NCBI GenBank assembly: GCA_977862235.1 | Contig: OZ374559.1 | Span: forward strand, 186,001 to 250,000 | Direction: 5' to 3' | Length of the DNA stretch: 64,000 bases | Source: Dudresnaya verticillata | Lineage: Eukaryota | In this document: piece after piece, positions 34,301-45,987 of the stretch | How the letters are laid out: each line of letters starts with the position of its first letter | How positions within the stretch are numbered: position 1 is the stretch's first letter | Position numbers and translations under genes: made by a program | Notes under the pieces: generated by a model | Told to the model about the DNA's origin: nothing | Seen by the model: only the letters and a program-made list of their open reading frames with translations | Database searches by the model: none

Positions 34301-34407
34301 AGGCATTTCTGGATGTCTTAGATGACCAAAACTGTGTTGGTCAGAAGCGCAAACGCGAGGATTTGAGTCCCGTGCACAGAACGACCAAGAAGCGCAAACC
34401 AAGTTAG
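31345..34407 (+). CDS. LINE ORF2, full-length APE-RT (1020 aa)
   Basis: Protein identical to 10877-13939, with all APE and RT motifs including FADD. Basic C-terminus (KRKR...KKRK); no CCHC knuckle seen. Confidence 0.96.
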   Translation: MSCRSAPLESEKLSLATFNVHGVQGKEAEVEALASTVHILGLCETWIRPQDLRASRQFDESVSVVQDHGGWRGQGGVALKVAPLVNYSVILRHSQIDYQVLAIRVGGTHIAMIYLRPHLQKTTFFDCLDRVQSSTRGKTVIMGDFNARHTRWDTTSNQHGKWLVEWTTAHRWCVHAPPSPTFAAHQGTSTVDLFLTKGVDIPDAKIHSGLWDGASDHSAVRANIVDTPVYKLGIPRIPQSQRRQPTFLRQAADLYRQEIPNTAREITSCTTSQELEDAYSRLKALTLQPWESARKHRPHRYKYFWDGHLDHLKKLRSKKYKQATQLMTSEAWEQYKTLNRRVRALVHRNKRRSKLRLTEALLSSDPTDGPKMVKAVLRNASGPLGSRRDQPIGKLDLANFTKHLATGAGKGHIPPIVPFETSRNFESHVFRAIVKAKPKKATGTDEVFSEAFKVAPKSFAHVLGLFWVKCSQLGYLLQDWQTSLLVPIYKRGPKSDPTSYRPIALVSHGRQMLSKAIASMIRKEYQFHPTQLGFREKTGTETAILRHAASTKAGFRYTAVLDLKSAYDTVPRERLMSKVNQKMSPTTAAMVALELQPATVVTKGDITGTTAIVSRGVPQGVSSSPTLYNVNMDSYPEFMDLSMSASESAEEIDITIFADDVKLRSKTSTGLQTALDASTKWADLEGMQWGTSKCHVLEPENCTKRAMYYLNGQKIDVVDTAKYLGVTLKGTKLAPDKNLERVKAAHQRLNLLKAVGVHRKYVPSARLVDICRTYIYPVADFSTHLMPIDTAGKCDLSHQLELLDYKVAEFALGCIAKEPMWPRSGRIRGRLPRHLKMAKLPDWLQRIRLRLRSLGKRLTKRAHRNRGDVLAMTDMLEFRSFRAQNKSPLDMRNQDLRDSWEGLCRQRRRRIPVPDSGFVPILHIRDRKLRDAGIRWYCGSFPGKPDVLKTRLGPEVYRLHKARIESGLSVKRWNAGVQARLLDSLKAFLDVLDDQNCVGQKRKREDLSPVHRTTKKRKPS

Positions 34408-34547
34408 CAAATCATCGCATTGGAAGCATGTAGTACCGAATATGTTTTAGAGTTTGCATGAAGGTTGAAGACGTACTCCCTTGCCACATAGTGTAGCGTA
34501 GCTACAACTTAGGACACTGAGGCGTCTCTAAATAAACCACACATTTC

Positions 34548-34767
34548 GATACCCAGTCGGGCACGGTGGTTTACAGGTAGTTTTGTACCTTGACGTGTAG
34601 GGTTCAAATCCCGAAGGGCACGTCTCGTAGCACCAGCCGTCATTATTGTAGTTGTTCGGATAGTTGGACGGACACGAACTGCAACCATGAGCTTGAACCG
34701 TGCTCGGCAGGACGATCAATGCGAGAGCAATCAATCCTGCGGAAAGGAGCAAAGTGAGGCCACCCAT
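34548..34767 (-). pseudogene. 5' half of the secreted Cys-rich protein gene interrupted by the LINE array
   Basis: ATG at 34767, signal-peptide-like MGGLTLLLSAGLIALALIVLPSTVQA, then CSSCP...WCYETCPSGF...CKPPCPTGY. Confidence 0.85.
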
Positions 34768-34861
34768 TTCTTTTGTTTGTCTTTTTGTTTCTGCTCGGTG
34801 CCGTAGAGAGAAGAGCAGATGTGAAGTGCAGAGGTAGTCTGCGTGAATGACCCGGAAGCTC

Positions 34862-34868
34862 TTATATA
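34862..34868 (-). promoter_or_regulatory. TATA box candidate for the Cys-rich gene
   Basis: TATATAA on the minus strand ~95 bp upstream of the ATG. Confidence 0.5.
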
Positions 34869-37714
34869 GGAAAAAAGTGTCCTTCGACAACCACGCTCTC
34901 CGAAGGTTATATGTATCTCCAAAAACGTGTTCTGCAATGTGATGATGTTCGAGGGTGAGAAGTCTTCTCCTTGCAGCATGCACAGCGTGCAAATCGCGTA
35001 AATATCTACAATAAACCTACTCGGAACTATGAAGCGTTTATTCACTTTCAAAGTTTTAGAATAGCTTTGTTTGGCCAACCAGGCTAGGGCTGCTTGTTTA
35101 ACCACAATCCAGTGTACAGCAAAAGGATGGCGTTACGATATTTTCGCGTTCACGAGGCGTTAAAGTTGTTCTCAATCTGGTTTCATTTAGTCATACTCTT
35201 GAACGAGTTGGACGGGCTTGCGTGTTGCCAGACTTTTGCGTTTTAATGTTGTAGTGTCGCTGTAAAACTCAGTTTGTGATTTTCCGAGATGCGGCTGTCG
35301 TTACAGTCGTGCTTGTCACCAAGCAGATATCTGTATGGAGTCAAGGATTGCAATTCTGCAGTTTCCTGTATTTGCGTGTGTATGAAAACTCCTGTTCCCT
35401 AGAATAGTTTGCTTCCGTGGAAAGTAGTGGCTCCATCGATCCATCGATACCGATCTGCTCCTATTTTGCGTTATCTGCGGCTGTGCTGCTCCAAACAGTT
35501 GACAGCTGTTGCGCAGCGTCGATAGGCTTTAATCCGAGCTCCCCACTAATGGAAACGCTTTTGACAAAGCGCAGACTCGGCATATTCCCATTCCTCTGCT
35601 CAGAAATTGATTTCTAGGTGCCTGTTTGCTCAAGTTCTAGAAAGCATGGACAACCTTTATATTTGCGGCTATTAAACAGATTAGAGATGGAGACCTTCAT
35701 ACAGAGAATCTAACTTGTGCAGCGTATACCGCGCAGATTTGCTGCAGAATCGATGGTAACGTTGCCGGACTTCTACTTGCTACCAAATTTGAGCCCTGGT
35801 TCACGGAGACGGACCCGGCTGAATCGCCGTAACATTGCATTGCCATTAATGACCGGTTTGGATATTTTATGGCACAATTTGATGCAAGGCAAAGACAACT
35901 TTATTTGGTTTATTCGTAGCCATTAATAAACATCATCATCATCACAACAGCCTGCGCGGGTGATTCAATGAAGATGTATATTCTGACAAACTTTGTGGAT
36001 GAGGCCTGATGACGACGACTGGACGCACAAGTTGTAAAACAGAAGACCTATGCGTGTGATCGCGGTGGAAGAACAAATGCCACTACACTGCCACTATACT
36101 GCCACTACACACGGCTCGGTGGACAAGCTTGGAGGGCTCCTCGAGAAGTTCAGAATGGGGGATCACTTTTACTCGTTCTTAAAACTTTCTAAAGGAATCA
36201 CTGCTTGGCGGTTTTGGAGCCACACGCTTTGTGCAGGCATGGCATAGCAGTCTCAGTGGCGTATGCATTCGCAATACAAACGCCGCTCGTGTTCCGTCTA
36301 ACACAGTGGTCCATTAATGATACACTCGTGCGACCCAAGTGAGATGTGCCACGAGACGGGAGGAGGGAGGTAAGAAGAGGGGCGCGCCTGATGGGAGAAT
36401 CGGAATGTAGTGGAGGCGGAAGTGTGATAATAGGGACTGGCACGTCGTCGATATCATAGTCGAGCATTATCAAGATAGGATGGAAGCAGTAAAAAGAATA
36501 CCTACGGATATTGATCTGCAGGAAAGACCTTTACGAATATTCAGAAGGAGTAAGCACCTCAGATCAGAACGGCCCTTGGGCTCTTGTTAAAATTCTGGTA
36601 CCGCTGCGATCGGGCACACGAGGCCATTTCCTGGGCGATAAACACAAACCCAGCGATAGCGCTCGAGCGTGAGACTTTCAGTGTTCTTATCCGTTTATTG
36701 AGCTAATGAACACCATATTTGAAACGATGACGGTAGTCGACTCAGATGCGAACGCTCTCCACTGCTCCTCTTCTCTTCTTCCCTATGCTTGCACTGACTG
36801 CAGGTGGAATTTATAGACTTTCCACTTCCCAGAGCATCACAAATGCAGTGATACGTAGAATACAGCTACTGTGTGTATCCCTACGGAGAACTGGGTCGTG
36901 GATCTTACACAAGCATAGTTGAATGCTATGTACGTGCGATTTATGGCAACATGCTTAGAAGAGACTTAACACCGTTCCCATTCTCTCATAGACTTCCGTG
37001 CTACATGCTTCAAGCAATATGCAGGAACTTATTGCTGAAAATGTCGCCCTGTGCAGGTGACAATGCAAGTTATTGCTCCCACAAACGCAATAAGCAATAT
37101 GTTGCACCAATGCTCTCCCCTTGGGCAATACATACCGCAATATAGCCGCCATCACGCCCAATAACATCTGCAATATATGCCTACGTCGTGCAATAAGTTT
37201 GCAATAGACGTAGAAAGTGCAAAGGAAGCATGGATGTCCATGTTGATGGTTGTGCAATGCGATTTTGCTCTATATACGTGACTATGACAGATTCAATTAG
37301 CAAGCTCTTCCTGCAAAATATTCTGCTGAAGTCTGGCAGCAACACGTGCAGAACGAGCGGCTAGTATGGCATCAGAAACAAGATGCGCGTCCCAAAACCG
37401 TTGATTCATTTTGAGATTTACTGTCAATCTAAGGAGCACCTCTAGGAAAGGGTCCAATTACTAAGATACTTAGGAGGAGGGGGTCTTGCAAGATCCGCTA
37501 TCCCCGGATAGGTTGCGGCGATTCACGCTAACTGCAGCACATTGGAGAATGAGCATAGTAAGGGACGTTAATAGAGTAAGCTTCTCAGCGAGGGGGGAGG
37601 TCCTTTTCTTGACAGCAATGTAATTTACGGCTTAGGGGCTAGAAAACGCTGTATTCTCGGGATCCAACTCTACAGATGCCGCTCCCCAACAAAACCGCAC
37701 GAATACTTATTGTA

Positions 37715-37875
37715 TACTGCATTTAGCAATAGGGCTTCCAATATCACTAGTCAACCCAATAGGTATTGCAATAAGAATTGAAATTTGCTATCAGCAACTC
37801 AATGTGCGAAAGTATTGGATTGCTATTGTGTATTGCAATATATTGCTATTGCAAACAATTGCCCGACAGCCCTGC
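37715..37875. repeat. Cluster of TATTGC/GCAATA motifs, possible sub-terminal region of a DNA transposon
   Basis: Several direct and inverted TATTGC copies (TATTGCAATA palindromes) ending in CAGCCCTG. No partner end found. Confidence 0.3.
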
Positions 37876-39299
37876 CTGCCACTGCATCCCATTGTCACTG
37901 AATATTAAGAAACCATCGGTATCAGCTTCCCTTGCTATGTGCGTCGGCAGTTTAAGACTTGTAGTTTTCCGTCTGCCGATGAAAGAGGAACGACAAAATC
38001 ATTTATTTGCAGGCGGAAAAATTCGCACGCTGGCGGTGCGTGTACAGTATTTATGATCAAGAGAGATGGGGACCTTTATGGTAGGGTTGGAAGGGCGCAA
38101 AACTCGCCCCGTCAAGCGGCCCGCTCTTTGTCCCCTTCCCCCCGCCCCGCTCACACTCCACAACGTTTCTCTCTACCCACCCTCCCGTACGTCACCCGAT
38201 AGTTAGTAGTTTCGCTAAGCGGGGAGCACACCCACAGCTGGGTGTGTGTGTTTTGGTGGCAAAATCTGTCCTCCATTTGCCTATGAGCTCCGGAACACCC
38301 GGTGTCTCTAGCAGAAACTCTCTGCGTGGCATTTCCCCCTGGCGTGAAAGCATTCTAACGCACAACAGCAAGTAAGTCAAGACGTTGGATGGAGGAAGCG
38401 CTAAGTTTATTGCTCTCGGCAGACATGAGCACTGCACAGAAAATAAAGAATATAGAATTAATATAAACCCTTAAAGCAAAAGCGATGCGTTTGTCTGTGT
38501 AATGTTGCAATAAGGGCGATTACGAGGCGTATGGACGGCGTGTTGTGCTCTACGGAAAGAGGTGGGATCCGTACTTGCTGCCTCCTGAGCCCATGCGGCC
38601 GCGAGCCGATGTGATGCCACCTTTTCTGCGGGCGGCGGCTCGCTGCCATACAAAGCGCGGGGCGCAGCGATCCCTTTCGTTGCGCGATAGCACTCGCTTG
38701 TCGGACGCCGCGGTCTCGGCCTTACAAAAGATCCGCCATGCAATTGGGCAATTGATGGCGAGTAGAAGCTATGGAGCTGCCCTTCACTACACCGAGCAAC
38801 TACACTCCTAACGCCCGACATTGTTATAGCCATTCTTATTGTTCTCGTGAGAGATAAAGCACGCAAGAACGCGGAGGCTAATGCTGCGTGCGGCCAAGCG
38901 CTGTTTGACACTGGTGTGCTATATGCGCTACACACTGTGATAGCAACTATCCCCATCAGCAAGCGGCGGAGCAGCGTACAGCGCCTATTGCAAAGGCCAC
39001 TACTTTGTGCTCCCTTGCACACCGACCTCACACCCTTATTGCTCCTGAAAATGGTAAAGCAGAAGTCTTTCTTAAGCATTAGAATGTCGATAGACTCTGC
39101 AGAGATCTGTACAGCTGGACAATTCCAGTAAAATTTGAGTGCGTAATTGACCGTCGATAACTGTCCCAGTTACTTTTCGTGGCTGAATTCAAAGCCCATA
39201 GAAAGATGCGCGACTGCGGGCATTTTGCCGTGCTCCAGCGAAGGCAGACCCAAGTAGAGGCCCTCCCTCACACGATCGTGGTGTAATCAAAGCACGTCC

Positions 39300-40200
39300 T
39301 ACTGTAACATGCATATAGAACAGGTACAGCGTTGCAGCTGACTGATCCGCACTATTCCGTTCACGGCTCTTTGTGATTCGATCGAGAAATCAAAACGCCG
39401 AACACTCACCTTCAGTGCGTTGTCTACATGCATCCATAGCACACTTCTATCACTCTTTTGCCTGTTGCAGATAACACATTCAAACGTTACGAAGCTAGTT
39501 TCAAGAAACAAATTCGTTAGGTTCCATTGAAGAACGAATTACCCCTGCTGCCAACGCAACCTTGTATATATTCTCTGCAGCCACGGTAGAAAGTGCAATT
39601 GTACGTGGACCGCAGCAGCCCGCGTAGGGCCACTCTATACTGTACAAGCAGTAAGCTTCAACATCACCTTGTGATTGAAGTACAGAGAGATCACAAGGCT
39701 TTGCAAAGCCCCAATCAACAATAAAGAAAAAGAAAAAATCTTCGATGCAACCCAGGGGAACACCGCTCAAAAACTTGTGCAAGCAGCGGAGGCACGATCG
39801 ATGACACCGAAGTTAAACTGGCCCTGTTTGCACCATGTATTGCAGTAGACCAGTGGTGCGAGGCTTTCGCTGCAGCTTTTTTCACAACACATGCATTACC
39901 CGAGAGGGTGGGATGCGATACGCTTGGGATTGCAATCGCTGCTCGGCAGGGAGAGTTCGGCGACTTTTTGCAATTGCTAAAATATCTCAAGTTGTGAGTT
40001 GCCAGAAGGGGAGATGGATGCTGTGCGGGCCACACATGCGTGCAATATGCCGCCAAGGGCTATCGAAGAGGCACCGTGTGACCCTATGATCCGGGGGTGA
40101 CTGCCCCGCCATTGGCCATTGTGAGGCGTGGCATGAGGGAAACGGTTGGGCCGAGACTGATTCCGCAGACATCGTTGCCGTTTCGGAGAAGGCAACTACC
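39300..40200 (-). pseudogene. Highly decayed Mutator (MULE)-like transposase relic
   Basis: Across a frameshift reads PRIIGSHGASSIA / AYCTHVWPAQH..LLATHN, resembling the MULE pattern PxxIxTD...A...vfP...HxLCxWH. A downstream RCTC may be a SWIM remnant. Boundaries approximate. Confidence 0.35.
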
Positions 40201-43200
40201 CACCTGTTAGAAACGGTGGTTCAGAAAAGACCTGGCTTGTCCGCCACAGAACCGATGTCGTGGCTTCTAGCTAGCAGCTCCGAGTTAGCTGAAGTGTGCG
40301 TGAAAATACTTCGGCCTGTGAAGGGCCAAATTGTCGAGTCTGCAAGGAGACGAGGTCAGTCTGCCAGGGTACATGTCCAGGGGGTTTCCCCTGCAGATGC
40401 TCCGGACAGAGTTCAATTGCGCATCAAACACAAGACAGCTGCACAACAGCAACGCCATTGGGTGCGAGACAGCTTTGTCGTGATGCTGTGCAGGATACTC
40501 ACGCACTCGGCTTCATTCTCTATCAGTGACAATTTCGCATGTTGCCGTCACACAAATCCCTGATACTTGTGCCCGTTGGCTCCTTGCAGCACTAAGGCAG
40601 CGTGCTGCACATGCAAATACTGTACAATACCATACGACACTCACAGCTAGTCCCATTTCTTGACGGATGTCATAAATATCTGTGAGATACGAAGATTGCA
40701 GCCAGATTGATGAGATTCACATTTGAGGAAGTCCACTCGAACCATCCAAAGCAGCTTTCGAGCAGACGTTTGAATTTGCAACTTGGTTGACCGCTTTCTT
40801 GTTGCGTCTTAGTCTTTCCTCTCAAATAATTTCTTTAATGAACAAAATGCCATCAAGATGCTCGCACTGAGTGCCTGCTTACATTTGCACATAGCAGCAA
40901 CATGAACCAGACGACAGACGGTCGATCAGTTCTAACTACCAAACCTATCTCAACCCCACTGGTTCTGATATGCAGGCCGTGAGCTACGAAACTTTGACAT
41001 CGCAATGAACAGATCTGGCAAAGTTTTCTGCACAACTAGTAGGGCGTCTTTCTGGAAATGTAGAGATCTCCTATTTCTGATAGTCAAAGCCGCTCTGTGC
41101 CGTACTGTTGCCCGGTGATACGGTTCAAACAATGTTTCCTCCCTCGGACGGCAGCTCGGGTTTCACGCCAAGGTACATCCCACCAGAGCTAGCCCGAGCG
41201 CATCTACACTCCTCTCTCCGACTGGCTGCAAAGAACCGCCCGATTGCCGAGTGGTTGTTCGCAGATCGAGAGAAATCGTTTCGGAGAGACTATGCAGTGA
41301 TGTCCCCTCATCTCTTCGAGTCTGCTCTACATTTCAAGGCAAGCTCCGAATTCTTTAGGACTGGTCAAGCAAGCACACGCCCCCAAATAGACTCCAGCCC
41401 CACCACCTCCACCATGTTCTTCTCATTACTCCTTGCGGATATGTATGAAGGTATTATTATTGGCTACGTTTTTTGCATTGGTATGCCGTCGAATCTGGAG
41501 CTGCTCGACCTACAAGAAGTCCTGCAATCCAACTTCGGACAGTTTGCAAGATTTGCTCTTGACGGTCCGAGGAAACACCTACTTGTGTACTTAGCTTCAG
41601 TATCTACTGATAGTGACATGATTGCAACTGTTGACTGGCTTGGCGAGTCTCGCCGGAGAGTGGTTTACACTGCCGTGCTACCGCATCGCGACCTCTCGGC
41701 CCCCTTCTGATCTAGCTTCGCGGCAATCGCGATAGCAGTCACCATACCAGGGCAGGATTTGTTTCCCAGATTTTTTCCCTATCTAGCAAGGATCACGGCC
41801 GAATCCGGTTAGAGGAGGAACTTTTAGTGAATTCTTTCACATCATCGCAAGTAAGTTATAGCTGTTTACCAAAACGAAGTTCAGTGCTGCAGAAGAATAT
41901 AAATAATATTACAAACGACATTCACGATTATCGAAGGCATTTTCTCTGACATGGCAAGAATTGTTTCTTTAGGATACTCTGATTCGTGGGAGGGGAGCTT
42001 GTCAACATCACATTAGCCAGGATTGTATTTAAAACCATTCTGACGACAAACTTGGTACTCTGAAACCACGTAGACTCGGTATTGTAATCACACCAATAGG
42101 CATGATTTACTATTTTTACTGTTGTTTAAGTCGGTTTCATTGTCAATAATGGCAGAACGTTCCTGTATTGGTGTGAGAAGTTCACTACAGAGTCGCTTTG
42201 ACTCTAGAATCAAAAGGGCTGGGCAATGACCCTGTGATAGTTTATAATATACACTCGTCTTAACAAAGAGGCCGGAAACAGTGCGGTGCTTGGTCAGGTA
42301 TACAAAACACGAAGCCAATCGAGCACTATAGTTCGTGTGTTCGTCTTTTTAAAAGACCTCCGTCCCAAAAGAAGCGATTGGATGCCCCTAGAGGGCAGAA
42401 GCTCCAGCAATATGATTTCTTATCTTCTTTCTCCTCGGCACATCTGCAGAGCACTTGGACCCCTTCGCGCTTCTCACCCACGCATTACGACACCAGTTCA
42501 TACAGTTGCAATATCCACAAAGATGCTGCCCTTCCGCCTTATCAGATCCACAACCAGGCCTTTGCGCTGTCGACAGCGCACCTCCCAAATGCGGAACCAC
42601 ACGTTCCATGGCATTCATTCGTGTCCTCGGCAACGTCAAATCCCACACCTTCCCCATTGGCAGGGCGGAGCCGCTGACTGCCGCCACGTCCATCAACAGC
42701 AGCGCGAAGAGGACGGGCGAAGTAGAAGAGCTACGCATCTTGAAGTTGCGGGTCAGCACGACGGGAGTTTCTGGGGGAGCCTGCGTGAAGGTACGCTTAA
42801 AGTGTTGTAACAACTGCGTCTCCTCGTAGTGTGAACGGACGCTTTGTGTTGCGCAAAAGGTTCTTGCTCTCCACGAGCGCTACTGCTAATAACATATTTT
42901 CTCTGCTTGCAGATTACGCTGTTTGGTTGCCCTTCGTACCTCCAGCGCTGGCAATATGTCTAGAATGACGTGCTGTTGGTAGAGCAGCGTTCAGATGACG
43001 CTACACGCACGCCGTACGCCGCGCAGCTTTCTAATCTCTTCAATCACCCTGCACTGCAGCGCGGGAAAGTTGGGAGGCGGTTAGGACGTGCCATTAACCG
43101 AAACGACTGTCCGGGGGGGTTGAGTGCCGGACTCAATGTAAGATACTGTAATGCGTACGGAGCCCATGAGTACTTCAAGGATCGTCCGCCCGGTGTCCTC

Positions 43201-43544
43201 CCCCTCCAGAAAAGGACAATGACCACTTCCATTCCCGTACATTACCCACACCATCTCATATGGTAGCATCGACCTGAGGCATGACTACTTCAGTCTCTCA
43301 GTTGCGCTGTACAAAGCTTTCTAGAGCGTGCGGATCAACACCTGCTAGAAGACTTTCGCAAGAAGACCGTCGACCTGTCCGATCTTCTCTCTTTCGTGTG
43401 CGAGACCAGCGCAGCTAGACGTCAGTTCGACCTGACGTCTATGCCACACAGTGAAGGGCTTACAGAAGTGGGCCCTCTGCCCGCGTGCATGCGCGGAAAT
43501 AGCGTTACCTATAGGGCGCCAGCAGGGACAGGATGGGTAGCCTG

Positions 43545-43830
43545 TGATTGGTCCAAGTGTCACCCTGCAGGTCAGTAGCTTAGTATCTGCCTATTTATTT
43601 TAGAAATTATAGCTTAGGATAGAGGCGTGTATATAGCTCAGTATGAGGGGTGCTGCCTGACAGACGGAGTACCATATAAGGGTATCTCCCGTAGCGGTCA
43701 CTGAACAGTAAAGGCAAGCAACTTCCGGCCCCAACTACGTCTCCAAGCTATCGGCACCGCAGCACATTGTCACCCGTGCCCGGTTAACCGCCCGCCCAGT
43801 GAACTACCTTCAGTATCGTGCTTCCAATCA
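43545..43830 (+). repeat. 5' LTR of a decayed Copia-like element (286 bp)
   Basis: Termini TGATTGG...CCAATCA (perfect 7-bp inverted repeat). Followed directly by GGTTACGTGCCC, two mismatches from the copia-type primer-binding site GGTTATGGGCCC. Confidence 0.65.
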
Positions 43831-44204
43831 GGTTACGTGCCCTCGTCTACCCTCTGGGCTCCTCCCGCTCTACTACCGCTACCAGGTACCCGCTCTGTGG
43901 GTTTCTCATTGAGTGCACTCTTTGAGTTCACAAGAGACCTAAAAGGCACTTCCTTACACGACAGTGTTGTTTTCCGACACGGCCACCGCAATATAGACAC
44001 CGATATTCATACGGCTCCCGGCCGGGATACCACTCTGGCAGACCGTCGTTTCAGAATCGCACGCCGCTTTTCCTCCGCCGTGGTAAGAAACTCCGCTATG
44101 ATTGTGGCAAAGAAGGTCACTTTCTGCGTGAATGCCCCGAAAAGGCCTACAACAATCAGCGACTCGCACACCTTGCCAACTTTGGACACGCTGCAACCTT
44201 CCTC

Positions 44205-45030
44205 ATGGAATATGGCTCCGCAGACGGTTCAGATGACCACAGCCAGGTTCTACAGTTTGCGGAAGAAAACGCGACCTCGACAAGTATCGAGCCCGACATC
44301 GACGACTCCGGAGATACGAGCGATTTCGATGCGTGGATCTGCGATCTCCTAGAGACTTATGACTCTTTCACCTTTAACGCAGGAAACTCGTATTACGTCA
44401 AGCTTTCTTTGCCCGAACTGGAAATCGCTATGCGCGAACTCGTCTTCCAAGCTACACCGCACAGAAGGAACATGATACTCATCGACACTGGAGCCCCGAA
44501 GACAATCTGTAGCATCGATTGGCTTCAGAAAGCCAACTGGAACCCGGTCAAGATAGTCCAGTTGCCGGACCACATTCACCCGTTTTGCTTCGCTGGTCAC
44601 CCCGTACGTGCGCTTTACGGAGCCTTCTCCTCGCAGTTATACGAGATATTGCGGGCAATCCGCATTAACTTTGCACGTTCGTATTCGTACTTCCCGAGAC
44701 GCCCTTATCGTTTCTGACAGGATTGCAAGACCACATTCGACTTGGATTCGACCTTTGTCTACGTGCCAACAATGGCAGCCACCTGAAATTCAATGCATGG
44801 AACTCAATTCTGCCCCTTGTCGTTACATCTCATCTCTGGCTACAGTTCGAAACGTGCAACTCCGAACCGGACCCGAAGTTCGATTGGACTGCTCTCATTC
44901 AAAAAGCCATAGATCCCGCAACGACATTTGGCCCATTGTATGTCAACACCACAAGCAACGGCCCAACTCAGCTTGGATCCGCACAAGATGATATCGTCCT
45001 CGATTCTAACTGTAGTATCTCGAACGCGGC
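44205..45030 (+). pseudogene. LTR-retrotransposon aspartic protease region, frameshifted and truncated
   Basis: ILIDTGAPKTICS retropepsin motif downstream of the LTR/PBS. No integrase or RT follows. Confidence 0.65.
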
Positions 45031-45987
45031 ACCACCGCGTACGGCAGCCGGGCGAGACCCCAAGAGGACCCAGAAAGACCTGTCGGACTTCGTGGTAGAA
45101 CGGCCGAACGTAGAACGGACCTGCGCACCGGTAGCAAATGTGGTAGAGCGGGAGCGCGCAGACGAAGTCGCGGCCAAAAACCTGGATGAGCAGCGGAAAA
45201 TGGCCGAGTTGGGAAAAAGGTTGCAAAAACTTTACTCCCAACCTCTGGTGGGACGGGTTCGTACCTATTCTTGCCGAGCCGTAGTCTGTGGCCGTCTAAG
45301 TAGGCCCAAAATCGGCCACTAGGGCTAATCTAGAGCTATTCTACAGTTAGTGGCCGAGGTTACTCCCCGTCGGCCATAATATCTACTTGTGTACCGGCGT
45401 CGGGCCAATGTTGTACCCTTACCAGTCTAAACCAAGTACTTGTTCGTTAGCGGTTGGCCAAATGAGTTAGATTTTCCCTTGATTTTTCCGCTGTCTTCTG
45501 CTTGATTTCACCTGCGGCCAAATCCAATTTCCTTTCCGCACCTGCTTCCAGATCCGATCACACCGATCATACGTGTACAGCGGGCCACGTGGTGCGCTTA
45601 GGTGTCGTAGGTGGCCACGTGTGACACACGTGTACACTTGTTGGACACGTGTGCCTCTTGCGCATGTTCACCGGCGTCCGCTCGGCCGTACTGTCGTCAG
45701 TCGGCCAAACGTATCTTTCTGATTGGGCTGCCTGTCCCACTTGGTCCGGCCGGTTACGCTCGTTTTGGAGGCCCCTTGGCGTTGCACCACACTAACGAAG
45801 ACCACAATTCCGCTTCAGTGGAAAATTCGAAGGACCTCCACTACCATGCATCGCTGACAAGCATCCAGTTAGCGGTGCAAAGCGCAAGCCGTCCATGTTG
45901 TGGCTGGGGCCCCCGACTTGGTACTTACATTGCGGGTAGGTATACCAAACGTTTATCTTGTAGATACAGGCTCAATTTTAGAAAAGC

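Larger units (their letters stand above)
17354..34547 (+). mobile_element. Single 17.2-kb LINE insertion: 13 extra 5' nt + three 3'-truncated 3,967-bp units + one full-length unit
   Basis: Units 17367-21333, 21334-25300, 25301-29267 and 29268-34547. Identical junction TACAATGTC|ACACAACGAATTTG occurs three times. One TSD, GATACC, at 17348-17353 and 34548-34553. Confidence 0.95.

Noticed and set aside
34444..34460. GTTTTAGAGTTTGCATG resembles the start of a Cas9-type CRISPR repeat
   Set aside because: It occurs once per full element, in the 3' UTR, with no repeat-spacer array or cas genes, in a eukaryotic context.
34768..34992. Upstream extension of the 154-aa ORF 34528-34992
   Set aside because: It spans the TATA box. 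The signal peptide begins at ATG 34767, and the last residues (RNVWFI) come from the LINE end.
36050..36250. Possible DIRS-type RT remnant (GDHFYSF..LSKG)
   Set aside because: Too short and degenerate, with no supporting motifs nearby.
41108..43300. ORFs of 100-200 aa, including THALRH resembling a tyrosine-recombinase motif
   Set aside because: No other catalytic motifs in order. Probably decayed TE sequence that I cannot assign.
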